Source: Candidatus Kuenenbacteria bacterium
GTDB lineage: Bacteria > Patescibacteriota > Patescibacteriia > UBA2196 > GWA2-42-15
NCBI GenBank assembly: GCA_012797775.1
Contig: JAAZOM010000006.1
Coordinates: 12,815 to 76,814, forward strand
Direction: 5' to 3'
Length of the DNA: 64,000 bases
Part shown: positions 1-9,342 of the stretch, piece by piece
Position numbering within the stretch: position 1 is the first letter of the stretch
How the letters are laid out: each line of letters opens with the position of its first letter
Translations under genes and position numbers: made by a program
The notes under the pieces: generated by a model
Seen by the model: only the letters and a program-made list of their open reading frames with translations
What the model was told of the DNA's origin: nothing
Database searches by the model: none

Positions 1-161
1 GAGATGACGTTAAAGAAAAGATTATTGCTGCTGAAAAAAACAAAGAAATCACCGAAGATGAACGCTATAAAGCAGTAGAAGACTTAGACAAACTTGTTCG
101 TGAATACAACGACAAAGTTGAAGAGTTGGGCAAAAAGAAAGAAGAAGAAATCAAGTTATAA
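1..161 (+). CDS. frr: Ribosome recycling factor, 3' end only; the start lies upstream of the window.
   Basis: The frame starting at nt 3 translates to ...DDVKEKIIAAEKNKEITEDERYKAVEDLDKLVREYNDKVEELGKKKEEEIKL*. This matches the typical Frr C-terminal coiled-coil tail. The stop is at 159-161. Confidence 0.7.
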   Translation, partial: DDVKEKIIAAEKNKEITEDERYKAVEDLDKLVREYNDKVEELGKKKEEEIKL

Positions 162-174
162 AATTATATAAAGT

Positions 175-361
175 TTATCCTGAACGGGCCTGACCTCCAG
201 CCTAGAATTATCCTAGAACGAGTGAAGGATCCCAGCTGGGTCAGCCCCAACTGTGATTAGTACAGTTGCTTTGCGGCACGGGATCTTTTCATAGATTCAA
301 GATAAATTAATTGCCCACGGGATCCTTCGTCCCGCAAACTCAATGCGGGGCTCAGGATAAA
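175..361. repeat. Interspersed repeat element, copy A. It has terminal inverted repeats TTATCCTGA...TCAGGATAA and internal cggga-tcc-...-tcccg hairpins centred on GGATCC.
   Basis: Shares a 5' end (TTTATCCYGARCG), a middle block (CGAG.GAAGGATCCCA) and a 3' end (CCCGC-loop-GCGGGGCTCAGGATAAA) with the copies at 34897-34980 and 49617-49740. The terminal 8-mers are exact reverse complements in this copy. Confidence 0.6.
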
Positions 362-373
362 ATAATAAAAATT

Positions 374-1537
374 ATGCTAATAACTGCCCTGACATTTTTT
401 ATCATCCTTGGTCTTCTTGTACTCGTTCATGAATTGGGTCATTTTTTGAGTGCCCGTCTTTTCAGAGTCAAAGCTGATGAGTTTGGTTTTGGTTTGCCCC
501 CAAGAGCTATTGGCTGGGTAAAAAATAATAATAAGTGGCAACGCGTCAAAGCTAGCGACCCGGCTGAAAATTATCAAAACACAGTTTGGTCTCTCAACTG
601 GTTGCCGATTGGTGGCTTTGTCAAAATCAAAGGAGAAGATGGTCAGGGAGAAAATAATCCTAATAGTTTTTCCAGCAAAAAAATCTGGCAAAGATTTATC
701 ATGCTTTTTGCCGGAGTCTTTATGAACTTTGTTTTGGCTTTTTTCCTGCTCTCAATCGGCTTTGCTTCGGGTATTCCTACTATGGTTGATGATGTGCCTG
801 CTGCCAACCTCAATCTAAAAAATGAAAAAATCCAGGTTATCTCTTTGAGTGAAAACTCTCCGGCCGCCAAAGCGGGTGTCACCATTGGCGATGCTATTTA
901 TCTGATAGATGGAGAAGCCGTTGCCACCATTAAAGACCTGCAGGAAAAAGTTAATAACCGCCAAGGTCAACCCACTGATTTTGTCTTTTTGCGTGGTCAG
1001 GAAGAAATCAAAAAAATCATTACTCCAGAAGTTGTACCAGACTCTGGTGGTCGCGCCGTGATTGGTGTTGGTTTGGTCAAAACAGCCACCGTCACTTATC
1101 CTTGGTATGAAGCTATCTGGGAGGGCGCCAAGAACAGCTTTGGTTTGTCGGTCGCTATCGTGAAGGCTTTTGGCCAGATAATTGGGGATATCTTTGCCCA
1201 CGGCAAGGTCGCAGCCGAAGTTTCCGGACCCGTGGGGATTGCTGTTTTGACTGGCCAGGTAGTTAAGCTTGGTTTTATTTATATCCTCCAATTCGCCGCC
1301 ATGTTATCTTTAAATTTGGCCATTGTTAATTTATTACCCATTCCCGGGCTAGATGGTGGCCGCATTTTATTTTTGCTCTTTGAAAAAATTAAAGGCCGAC
1401 CACTCCGCCAGAAATATGTGGAATGGACACATCAGGCCGGCTTTTTCTTTCTGATCGCTCTGATCATCCTTGTTACCTTCCGCGATTTGCGCACTTATGG
1501 TGCTGGCATCCTCAATGCTTTTAAATCATTTTTTTAA
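374..1537 (+). CDS. rseP: RseP-type site-2 protease (M50 zinc metalloprotease with PDZ domain).
   Basis: HELGHF zinc-binding motif sits in the first TM helix. An internal PDZ-like segment and an LNLLPIPGLDGG motif are present. Start moved to the ATG at 374 because the upstream part of the track ORF is covered by the repeat element. Confidence 0.85.
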   Translation: MLITALTFFIILGLLVLVHELGHFLSARLFRVKADEFGFGLPPRAIGWVKNNNKWQRVKASDPAENYQNTVWSLNWLPIGGFVKIKGEDGQGENNPNSFSSKKIWQRFIMLFAGVFMNFVLAFFLLSIGFASGIPTMVDDVPAANLNLKNEKIQVISLSENSPAAKAGVTIGDAIYLIDGEAVATIKDLQEKVNNRQGQPTDFVFLRGQEEIKKIITPEVVPDSGGRAVIGVGLVKTATVTYPWYEAIWEGAKNSFGLSVAIVKAFGQIIGDIFAHGKVAAEVSGPVGIAVLTGQVVKLGFIYILQFAAMLSLNLAIVNLLPIPGLDGGRILFLLFEKIKGRPLRQKYVEWTHQAGFFFLIALIILVTFRDLRTYGAGILNAFKSFF

Positions 1538-1559
1538 TTTTTTCGTCTCTCAAAAAAAT

Positions 1560-2519
1560 ATGAAGATTATTAAACGCTTTTATTCATTTGATGGCACTGT
1601 AAAATATTTACTGCAGTTAGAAGACAATTCAATTATTGAAACCGTTTTCTACCCATATTCCAGAATATCTAGCTTAATAATCAAATTAATTTTTTGGGGG
1701 AGCTACTTCAAAATACCCTATTTCCTCTATAATTTTTCCCCATTAAAATTTTTATATCAACACACAGATTTTTATGGTATTTGTATCTCTTCTCAGATCG
1801 GCTGTGCGCTTGGTTGCAAGTTTTGTGCCACCGGTAAACAGAGTTTTGTTCGCAATCTCACCACTGAGGAGATAATAGCCCAGGTAGTTACTGTCCTTAA
1901 TGATTATCAACCAAAAAATATAAAAAAAATTGAAATAACCTTCGCTGGCATGGGTGAGTCACTATTAAATTATCAAAATGTCACCGCGGCTATTAAGGAA
2001 TTTCCTCTTCGGCTAAAAAAATTTGGTATTGAGGAAATAATTAATTCTCTCATGACCGTTGGCATTTTATCTGGATTGTCCGAGCTCATTAAAGACAAGA
2101 TAATCCTGAACCTTTTTATTTCTTTACATTCTGTTTCTGATGAATTAAGATCAAAATTAATGCCGATAGGCGAGACTTTAAAGATCAGAGAAATTTTAGA
2201 GCTGGCGGCCGAATATCAAAAAGAAACAAATGCTCGCCCTGTCAGACTAAACTATACCCTAATAAAAGGTATTAATGACAGCGAAAGAGATGCCCAAAAA
2301 TTAGCCGATCTATCAAAAGAATTTGGATTCATTGCTCAGATAAAAATGTTCAATCCTGTTATTGACCTGCCTTATCAGCGAGTTTCTTTGCCAGCGTTAA
2401 AAAAGTTTTTGAAAATCCTTAAAACCTCAAGTGCCGGCTACGTGTTTGATATTAGCAAGGGTATCAGTAATACTTCAGGCTGTGGGCAATTAAAATATCA
2501 TTATAATAAAATTAATTAA
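1560..2519 (+). CDS. rlmN: Radical SAM 23S rRNA/tRNA adenine-C2 methyltransferase, RlmN/Cfr family.
   Basis: DGTVKYLLQLEDNSIIETV block followed by the GCALGCKFCATG CxxxCxxC cluster, then AGMGESL and other RlmN-like blocks. Start taken at ATG 1560 just after the rseP stop. A roughly 40-aa low-complexity insertion sits before the Cys cluster. Confidence 0.8.
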   Translation: MKIIKRFYSFDGTVKYLLQLEDNSIIETVFYPYSRISSLIIKLIFWGSYFKIPYFLYNFSPLKFLYQHTDFYGICISSQIGCALGCKFCATGKQSFVRNLTTEEIIAQVVTVLNDYQPKNIKKIEITFAGMGESLLNYQNVTAAIKEFPLRLKKFGIEEIINSLMTVGILSGLSELIKDKIILNLFISLHSVSDELRSKLMPIGETLKIREILELAAEYQKETNARPVRLNYTLIKGINDSERDAQKLADLSKEFGFIAQIKMFNPVIDLPYQRVSLPALKKFLKILKTSSAGYVFDISKGISNTSGCGQLKYHYNKIN

Positions 2520-2524
2520 AATCT

Positions 2525-3748
2525 ATGCGCCAATCACAACTTTTCACCAAAACCAAAAAAGAATTTGCCAAAGACGAGGAATCAATCAATGCCAAGCTTC
2601 TAATCAAAGCTGGTTTTATCGATAAATTAATGGCTGGCAGTTACACCTTTTTACCGCTGGGTCTTCGGGCCTTGGTCAAGATTGAAAATATTATCCGCGA
2701 AGAGATGAATGCCGCCGGTTGTCAGGAAATTTTGATGCCCGCCCTCCACCCCAAGGAAAATTGGGTCAAGACCGGTCGCTGGGATGGTATTCATGAGATT
2801 CTCTTCAAATTGCAGGGCGTTCGCGGCAGTGAGTTTACTCTCGGGCCAACCCACGAAGAAATTGTTACCCCCCTGGCCAAACAGTACATTTTTTCCTATA
2901 AGGATCTGCCCTTTGCTGTTTACCAAATTCAAAGTAAATTTAGAAATGAGGCCCGGGCCAAATCCGGACTTCTGCGCGGTCGGGAATTCCGCATGAAAGA
3001 TGTTTATTCTTTTCATGCCAACGAAAAAGATCTGGAAGATTTTTATGAGCGCATGGCCAAGGCTTACGAACGGGTTTGGGCTAGGCTATCTCTCGGCGAT
3101 ATCACTTACAAGACATTTGCTTCTGGCGGCAGTTTTTCCAAGTATTCTCACGAGTATCAGACTGTTTGTGAGTCTGGCGAAGACGAGGTTTATCTTTGTG
3201 AAAAATGTCGTCTGGGCATCAATAAAGAGATTATCGCCGAGCAAGACTCTTGCCCTGAGTGCGGCAACAAAAAGTTGATCAAAAAGAATGGCATTGAGGT
3301 CGGCAATATTTTTCAACTTAAAACCAAGTACTCCGAGCCATTTAAGCTGGTTTATCAAGATGAAAAAGGTGGTAATAATTTGGTGCAAATGGGTTGCTAC
3401 GGCATTGGTCCTTCGCGCTTGATGGGCACTATTGTGGAGGTCTTTCATGACGACAAGGGCATGATCTGGCCAGAGGCTGTAGCGCCCTTCAAATATCATT
3501 TGCTAAATTTGTCAAAAGAGGGTAAGGTAAAGAAACAGGCTGAAGATATTTACGCCAAATTGGCGGCTAGGGGCGAGGAAATTCTCTATGATGACCGCTC
3601 CGAGAGCTCTCCCGGAGAAAAACTCCAAGACGCTGACCTTCTTGGTCTACCCACAAGACTCGTCGTCTCTGACAAGACGGATAATAAAATAGAAGTTAAA
3701 AAAAGAGTCTCTAAAAATGTTGACTTGAAAAATTTTAATAATTTATAA
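2525..3748 (+). CDS. proS: Prolyl-tRNA synthetase of bacterial type that lacks the INS editing domain and carries a small C4 zinc-ribbon insertion.
   Basis: MRQSQLFTKTKKE...AGSYTFLPLGLRALVKIENIIREEM...GRW and GREFRMKDVYSFH (motif 2) align with ProRS. MGCYGIGPSRL is motif 3. The CEKC...CPEC insert is the zinc ribbon. At 407 aa the protein is too short to contain an editing domain. Confidence 0.8.
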   Translation: MRQSQLFTKTKKEFAKDEESINAKLLIKAGFIDKLMAGSYTFLPLGLRALVKIENIIREEMNAAGCQEILMPALHPKENWVKTGRWDGIHEILFKLQGVRGSEFTLGPTHEEIVTPLAKQYIFSYKDLPFAVYQIQSKFRNEARAKSGLLRGREFRMKDVYSFHANEKDLEDFYERMAKAYERVWARLSLGDITYKTFASGGSFSKYSHEYQTVCESGEDEVYLCEKCRLGINKEIIAEQDSCPECGNKKLIKKNGIEVGNIFQLKTKYSEPFKLVYQDEKGGNNLVQMGCYGIGPSRLMGTIVEVFHDDKGMIWPEAVAPFKYHLLNLSKEGKVKKQAEDIYAKLAARGEEILYDDRSESSPGEKLQDADLLGLPTRLVVSDKTDNKIEVKKRVSKNVDLKNFNNL

Positions 3749-3753
3749 TTTTC

Positions 3754-4794
3754 ATGTTGAACAGTGTATTCAAAAATATCAGACCTGATATTGGCATTGA
3801 TCTTGGCACCAGTAATACCCTCGTTTATATCAAAGGCAAGGGTATTGTTGTTAATGAACCATCCGTTGTCGCCATCAATACCAGAACTGATCAGGTTTTG
3901 GCCATTGGCGAAGATGCCAAAAGGATGGTCGGCAAGACACCCAGCCACATTATTACTTCCAAACCTTTGGTGGAAGGGATAATTTCTGATTTTGAAGTGG
4001 CGGAACAAATGCTCAAATATTTTATCAATAAATTTGTCGGCAATAAGCTTGGATTTTTTTCCGGCAAGCCGCGTATTGTTATTGGTATACCGCTCGATGT
4101 TACCGAGGTGGAGAGAAAAGCAGTCGAAGATGCCGCTCTCGGCGCTGGCGCCAAGGAGGTTTTCCTAGTTGAAGAGCCCATGGCCGCCGCTATCGGCGCT
4201 CGCCTGCCCGTCCAGGAGTCCACTGGCAATATGGTAGTGGATATTGGGGGCGGCACGACCCAGATTGCCGTTATTTCACTCTCTGGTATTGTCGCCTGGA
4301 AGTCACTGCGTCTAGCCGGTGATACCTTGAATAAAAATATTATTCAATATATTAGAGAAAATTTTAATCTTTTAATTGGTGACACAACAGCAGAAAAAAT
4401 AAAAATTGCCATTGGATCTGTTTTTGCTTCTGATCGGCCGGTTGAAATGGCTGTTAGCGGCCGTGATCTTATCAACGGTTTGCCCAAAGAGATTGTTATT
4501 TCTGATAGTGAAGTGCGAGAAGCGATCAGCCGTAGCGTTAGGACCATCGTCAGTAGTATCAAATCAACAATAGAATCCACTCCACCCGAGTTGGTAGCTG
4601 ATATTTATAAGCGCGGCATAGTCCTTTCTGGCGGTGGGGCCCTCTTGCGTGGGCTCGATTCTCTTATCGGCCAGGAAACGCGCATCCCCGTTGCAATTAT
4701 TGATGATCCGCTGACTTGTGTTGTGCGTGGGACTGGCCTAGTTTTAGAAGATTTAGAAAACCTCAAGGACGTCTTACTGCCTTCTACAAAATAA
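3754..4794 (+). CDS. mreB: Rod shape-determining actin homologue MreB.
   Basis: IGIDLGTSNTLVYIKGKGIVVNEPSVVAI at the N-terminus, plus DIGGGTT and LSGGGALLRGLD motifs. Confidence 0.92.
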   Translation: MLNSVFKNIRPDIGIDLGTSNTLVYIKGKGIVVNEPSVVAINTRTDQVLAIGEDAKRMVGKTPSHIITSKPLVEGIISDFEVAEQMLKYFINKFVGNKLGFFSGKPRIVIGIPLDVTEVERKAVEDAALGAGAKEVFLVEEPMAAAIGARLPVQESTGNMVVDIGGGTTQIAVISLSGIVAWKSLRLAGDTLNKNIIQYIRENFNLLIGDTTAEKIKIAIGSVFASDRPVEMAVSGRDLINGLPKEIVISDSEVREAISRSVRTIVSSIKSTIESTPPELVADIYKRGIVLSGGGALLRGLDSLIGQETRIPVAIIDDPLTCVVRGTGLVLEDLENLKDVLLPSTK

Positions 4795-4805
4795 TTTATT
4801 TTTTT

Positions 4806-5621
4806 ATGGCTCGTCGCTCTCTATCTTTTAAGATAACCCTTGGGGCCATCATTTTTTGTGGCCTTATTTTTTTGGGTTATTATTCTGGGCTAACCAGATA
4901 TTCCAGCTCTCTTTTAATTTCTATCTTCAATCCCTTGATTCGGGCCAGCAGCCACTTAGCCGACAGTTTGGGTGATTTTTTTTCTATTTATCAAAATCAA
5001 GATGATATTATCAAACAAAATGATTTTCTCAAAAGCGAGCTCATCTCCCTAGCCAAAAAAAACGCCGTTCTCTCCCTTGTTCAAAAAGAGAACGAAATTC
5101 TCAAACAAGAACTCCAATTTGTTGATGAATATAAATATAATTATGTTGTTGCCAGGGTGGTTGGCCGCAGTTTTGATTTTGATAAAAATTATTTTCTGAT
5201 TGACAAAGGCGCTCGTCATGGGCTCTCTGTTGGTCTGCCAGTCACCATGGATCAGGGCCTAGTCGTCGGTCGTTTGATCCGCGTAGAAGAAAACATTGCC
5301 GAGGTTCGGCTCTTGACCGATAGTGAAAGTCAAATAGCTGTCACTATCATTGGCGAAGAGGGATCTGCCGGCTTGGCTAAGGGTGAACACAATATTAATC
5401 TAAGGATAGAGATGTTGCCCAAAGAAGCAAAAATAGCAATTGGTGATCTAGTGGTTACTTCCAATCTCAATCTAAATACCCCCCCCGGTTTGGTCTTGGG
5501 CAGGGTGCAAAAAATAGAATTTTCTGATAATAACCTTTGGCAATCAGCCGTGGCCGAGCCCCTAGTCGATTATTCTAATTTATCACTGGTCACCATTATT
5601 TTGCCGGCGAATAGCCAATAA
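4806..5621 (+). CDS. mreC: Rod shape-determining protein MreC.
   Basis: N-terminal TM helix, then a coiled-coil (LKSELISLAKKNAVLSLVQKENEILKQEL) and a beta-rich C-terminal domain. Lies directly downstream of mreB. Start set at ATG 4806 after the mreB stop. Confidence 0.75.
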   Translation: MARRSLSFKITLGAIIFCGLIFLGYYSGLTRYSSSLLISIFNPLIRASSHLADSLGDFFSIYQNQDDIIKQNDFLKSELISLAKKNAVLSLVQKENEILKQELQFVDEYKYNYVVARVVGRSFDFDKNYFLIDKGARHGLSVGLPVTMDQGLVVGRLIRVEENIAEVRLLTDSESQIAVTIIGEEGSAGLAKGEHNINLRIEMLPKEAKIAIGDLVVTSNLNLNTPPGLVLGRVQKIEFSDNNLWQSAVAEPLVDYSNLSLVTIILPANSQ

Positions 5622-5625
5622 TTTT

Positions 5626-6132
5626 ATGACCCGTTTTATTTTAATTTTTTTGGCAATTATTTTTATTACCCTTTTACATCTTGGTTTTTTGCCAAGCATT
5701 TTGGGCGGTAATTTTTTCTATTTGCATCTGCCCTTGCTTTTTATTGTTTTTGTGTCATTTTTTGCCGCCCTTGATCTGGGTGTCTTCGCGGTTTCTATGC
5801 TCGGTCTTTTTTTGGATCTTTATTCCCCATTATTTTTTGGTTTTTATAGCCTTGTATTTATTATAACGATTTTGATTATAAAATTCTTTATCTTCAATTT
5901 TTTTCAACACAAGAATTTTTTCTCTCTGCTGCTTTCCAGCTCCATTGGCCTTATTGTTTTTCATCTATTTTCCCTTGGCTACAATTTTTTATCCCTGGGC
6001 TCTAGCGCCTTCAATCCTCATTACTTAGTAGTTTTCTTCTATCAATTACTTTTTCACTCACTTTTTGTTGTTTTGGCATCCTTGACTCCGAACCCCTTAG
6101 GTCGCCAACTCAAAAACCAGGTAATTTCTTGA
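5626..6132 (+). CDS. mreD: Polytopic membrane protein, probably MreD.
   Basis: Very hydrophobic 168-aa protein sitting between mreC and PBP2. Its stop overlaps the mrdA start by 4 nt. Confidence 0.55.
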   Translation: MTRFILIFLAIIFITLLHLGFLPSILGGNFFYLHLPLLFIVFVSFFAALDLGVFAVSMLGLFLDLYSPLFFGFYSLVFIITILIIKFFIFNFFQHKNFFSLLLSSSIGLIVFHLFSLGYNFLSLGSSAFNPHYLVVFFYQLLFHSLFVVLASLTPNPLGRQLKNQVIS

Positions 6133-8036
6133 TTATTATGAAAAAAACAGATCCCTTTTGCGTTCAGGATACCATCTCCGATATTTCCGGTTTTAGCCGC
6201 CTTCGAGAAGAGGGGGATAGTTTTTGGTTTGGTGACTTTGGGGAAAAAATTTCTCTTTTTATCAATCAATCAAAGATAAAAATAATTTTTTTTGTTCTTA
6301 TTTTTTGTTTTATTGTTCTTTTTGGTAGGCTCTTTTATCTCCAGCTATTTCGTGGCGGGGATTATCTTGTGATTGCCGAGGGCAATCGTCTGCGTCTCAA
6401 TATTCTCCCGGCCAGTCGTGGTATAATTTACGATCGCTTCAACACGCCCCTTGTCAAAAACACTGCCCACTTCTCTTTATCCTTTATCCCCGGTGATTTA
6501 CCCAAAGAGCCCGCTGCACGAGAATCTTTGGCTGAAGAAATTTATAATCTTTCTGGTAAAAACAAAGATGAAATTTTGCGTTTATTTGCCTCGACCGCAG
6601 ACAAATCTTACGAATCAATTACCATTACTGAAGATTTGACACACGAGCAGTCCATCAGGATTTCTCTTTATGAAAAAGAGCTTCCCGGCATCAAACTTTA
6701 TATCGAACCGCGCCGTGAATATTTGACCGTTGGCGGACTTTCGCATCTCCTCGGTTTTTTGGGAGAAATAAACATTGAGGAGCTAAAAAAGTTAAAAAAT
6801 TTTGGCTACCGCCAAGGTGATTACCTTGGCAAGAGCGGTATTGAATATGTTTATGAGAATATTTTGCGTGGCAAAAATGGTTTGGAGGAAGTAGAAGTTG
6901 ATTCTTTGGGCAAGCCCAAAAAGATTATTGCCCGAGAAGAGCCGGTCGATGGCGGGGATTTGGTTTTGAGCCTTGATCTTGATCTGCAAAAAAAAATGGC
7001 CGAGAGCCTGAATCGGGCTATTTCTACCGCCGGTGGCTCTGGCAGTGGTTCGGCCATCGCCATGGATCCCAGGAACGGTGAGATCCTAGCTATGGTCAGC
7101 CTGCCTGATTTTGATAATAATTTTTTCAGCGCCGGTATTGACAAAGAAGCTTATAATAATTATCTCTCGGATGAGCGTAAACCACTTTTTAACCGTTCTA
7201 TCGCCGGTGCTTACCCGCCCGGCTCTACCTTCAAGCCAGTCGTCGCTCTAGCCGCCCTTGAAGAGGGGATTATCAATGAGTCAAAAACTTTCTTGTCCAG
7301 CGGCGGACTACGTATTGGCAGTTGGTTTTTCCCAGACTGGAAGGCCGGTGGGCATGGTCGTATAAATGTTATTGGTGCTTTGGCTGAGTCAGTTAATACT
7401 TTTTTTTATTATATCGGTGGCGGCTATGGAGACTTCGACGGCTTGGGTGTAGAAAAAATAAAAAATTATTCCAACCGGATCGGGCTGGGTACTATATTGG
7501 GTATTGATCTGCCGAGTGAAGTGGCGGGCTTTCTCCCGGATGAAGATTGGAAGCTTTCGAACAAAAAAGAACCTTGGTATATTGGTGACACCTATCATCT
7601 CTCTATCGGTCAGGGAGATATTTTGGTTACCCCCCTTCAGGTGGCGGCTTATACTTCAGTTATTGCCAATGGCGGTACTCTTTACCGCCCACATTTATTG
7701 CGACAGGCCGAGGGTGAAGCCCCTTCCCAAAATTATATTATAAAAAGCAATTTTTTCTCTCCCAAAAATATAGAAATTGTTCGGCGCGGTCTGCGCGCAA
7801 CCACCCTTACTGGGTCAGCTAGATCTCTTGGCTCCATGCCCTTCACAAGTGCTGGCAAAACCGGCACCGCTCAGGTCGGCGGCGATGATCGCACCCATGC
7901 TTGGTTTACGGGTTTTGCCCCTTACGATGAGCCCTCAATCGTTATCACAATTTTGGTAGAATATGGTGGCGAGGGCAGTTCTGTGGCTGTGCCGGTTTTC
8001 AAAGAAGTTACCAGTTGGTATTTTAGTGAAAACTAA
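6129..8036 (+). CDS. mrdA: Penicillin-binding protein 2 (elongasome transpeptidase).
   Basis: N-terminal TM helix and dimerisation domain (YLQLFRGGDYL...NRLRL...RGIIYDRFNTPLV). Transpeptidase motifs STFKP, SVN and KTGTAQ are present. Confidence 0.88.
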   Translation: MIIMKKTDPFCVQDTISDISGFSRLREEGDSFWFGDFGEKISLFINQSKIKIIFFVLIFCFIVLFGRLFYLQLFRGGDYLVIAEGNRLRLNILPASRGIIYDRFNTPLVKNTAHFSLSFIPGDLPKEPAARESLAEEIYNLSGKNKDEILRLFASTADKSYESITITEDLTHEQSIRISLYEKELPGIKLYIEPRREYLTVGGLSHLLGFLGEINIEELKKLKNFGYRQGDYLGKSGIEYVYENILRGKNGLEEVEVDSLGKPKKIIAREEPVDGGDLVLSLDLDLQKKMAESLNRAISTAGGSGSGSAIAMDPRNGEILAMVSLPDFDNNFFSAGIDKEAYNNYLSDERKPLFNRSIAGAYPPGSTFKPVVALAALEEGIINESKTFLSSGGLRIGSWFFPDWKAGGHGRINVIGALAESVNTFFYYIGGGYGDFDGLGVEKIKNYSNRIGLGTILGIDLPSEVAGFLPDEDWKLSNKKEPWYIGDTYHLSIGQGDILVTPLQVAAYTSVIANGGTLYRPHLLRQAEGEAPSQNYIIKSNFFSPKNIEIVRRGLRATTLTGSARSLGSMPFTSAGKTGTAQVGGDDRTHAWFTGFAPYDEPSIVITILVEYGGEGSSVAVPVFKEVTSWYFSEN

Positions 8037-8131
8037 TTTATCTGCCCCATTGACAGAAAATTCCCTTTATAATATCATAGGGAGTATATATAAAATTTAT
8101 TATCATCATTAACCATAACTTTTAACCAAAC

Positions 8132-8587
8132 ATGTATATAACCAAAGAAGGCCTAGTCAAACTAAAAGAAGAATACAGCCAACTTGTAAACATGGAACGC
8201 AAAAAAATCGCTGAGCGCATCCAGGAAGCCAAAGAGCTCGGCGATCTAAGTGAAAACGCCGAATACGCAGCTGCCAAAGAAGAGCAGTCTTTTTTAGAAA
8301 TGAAGATTGCTGAATTGGACAATATTATCAAAAATGCCTCTATCATTGAAGAAAATAATCATTCAACCAATGTGGTAAGCGTCGGTTCGACCATTACCTT
8401 TTTGGACAGCAATGGCCAGAGTCGAGAGTATACTATCGTTGGTAGCCAGGAGGCCAATCCATCTCTCGGCAAAATTTCCAACGAATCTCCCTTGGGCCGA
8501 GCCTTCCTCGGCAAAAAAGCCGGCGACACCGTAGAATTCCAGGCGCCCAAAGGACCGGTTAGTTTTACTATTGAAAAGATTAAATAA
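8132..8587 (+). CDS. greA: Transcription elongation factor GreA.
   Basis: MYITKEGLVKLKEEY...ELGDLSENAEYAAAKEEQSFLEMKIAELDNII followed by an FKBP-like C-terminal domain. Confidence 0.9.
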   Translation: MYITKEGLVKLKEEYSQLVNMERKKIAERIQEAKELGDLSENAEYAAAKEEQSFLEMKIAELDNIIKNASIIEENNHSTNVVSVGSTITFLDSNGQSREYTIVGSQEANPSLGKISNESPLGRAFLGKKAGDTVEFQAPKGPVSFTIEKIK

Positions 8588-8702
8588 TTTTATACACAGG
8601 AAAATTTAGAGAATATTTTGATCTGTGATATAATAATCTTGTCCCTTATTTATTAACATGATAGGTGCCTTTTTTTACTACACCTGTCAAAAAGGAGAAT
8701 TT

Positions 8703-9254
8703 ATGGCTATGGATTTCAATCCAGAAACAAAACCCGATACCGGGTTGGAACTACCCGAGAGCCTCAAGGAAACCAAAAAAGAAAAATGCTCTTGTGGTGG
8801 TAAAGGCATGGGTGGCCTCGTTGTCGCCCTTGTCGTGGTCGTCTTGGTTTTAGTGGCCGGCTTTGTGGTCGACCGCTACACCAGCGTTAGTCTTTTTGGC
8901 GAAAAAGATTCCGCCTCTCTTAGTATGGTCTACAGCAAAGACAGCTATTATGCAGTCTTTTTGAGCAACGGCCAAGTATATTTTGGTAGGGTTTCCAAAA
9001 CCGATGCCAAATACACCACGATTGAAGATATTTATTATCTCCAAGTATCCAATCCTCTGCAACAGGTCCCCCCGACTGGTGAGCAACAGCAAGCCCAGCT
9101 TTCTTTGGTCAAACTGGGCCAAGAGCTCCACGGGCCACAGGATTTTATGCAGGTTAACAACGACCATATAATTTTTGTAGAAGAGCTAAAAAATGATGGC
9201 AAGGTGGTCGAGGCTATCACTAGTTATAAAACTAGCAATCAGCCTACCCAGTAA
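8703..9254 (+). CDS. Hypothetical single-pass membrane protein.
   Basis: An AAAGGAG ribosome-binding site precedes the ATG at 8703. One TM helix (GLVVALVVVVLVLVAGFVV) is present. No recognisable family. A terminator lies downstream. Confidence 0.5.
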   Translation: MAMDFNPETKPDTGLELPESLKETKKEKCSCGGKGMGGLVVALVVVVLVLVAGFVVDRYTSVSLFGEKDSASLSMVYSKDSYYAVFLSNGQVYFGRVSKTDAKYTTIEDIYYLQVSNPLQQVPPTGEQQQAQLSLVKLGQELHGPQDFMQVNNDHIIFVEELKNDGKVVEAITSYKTSNQPTQ

Positions 9255-9276
9255 AATTGTTATTTGAGACAAAAAA

Positions 9277-9312
9277 GCCAAAAGAACCGCCTTCAAAAGC
9301 GGTTCTTTTATT
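9277..9312 (+). terminator. Intrinsic terminator.
   Basis: aaaagaaccgcc-ttcaaaa-gcggttctttt hairpin followed by a T-run, just after the stop of the 8703-9254 gene. Confidence 0.7.
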
Positions 9313-9336
9313 AGCCCTTGACAGATTTTCTATTTG
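9308..9336 (+). promoter_or_regulatory. Sigma70-like promoter, TTGACA-17-TATTAT.
   Basis: The -35 TTGACA is at 9308-9313 and the -10 TATTAT at 9331-9336, separated by exactly 17 nt. No protein gene lies downstream on the + strand before the terminator at 9502-9533. Confidence 0.5.
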
Positions 9337-9342
9337 GTGTTA

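Noticed and set aside
2651-4256. Numerous 60-140-aa antisense and off-frame ORFs within proS and mreB from the six-frame track.
   Set aside because: They overlap confidently identified genes. The same holds for comparable ORFs throughout the window, which lack start signals and give low-complexity translations typical of shadow ORFs.
8057-8085. TTGACA ... TATAAT-like promoter upstream of greA.
   Set aside because: The spacer is only 12-14 nt, so it is not a convincing sigma70 promoter as it stands.
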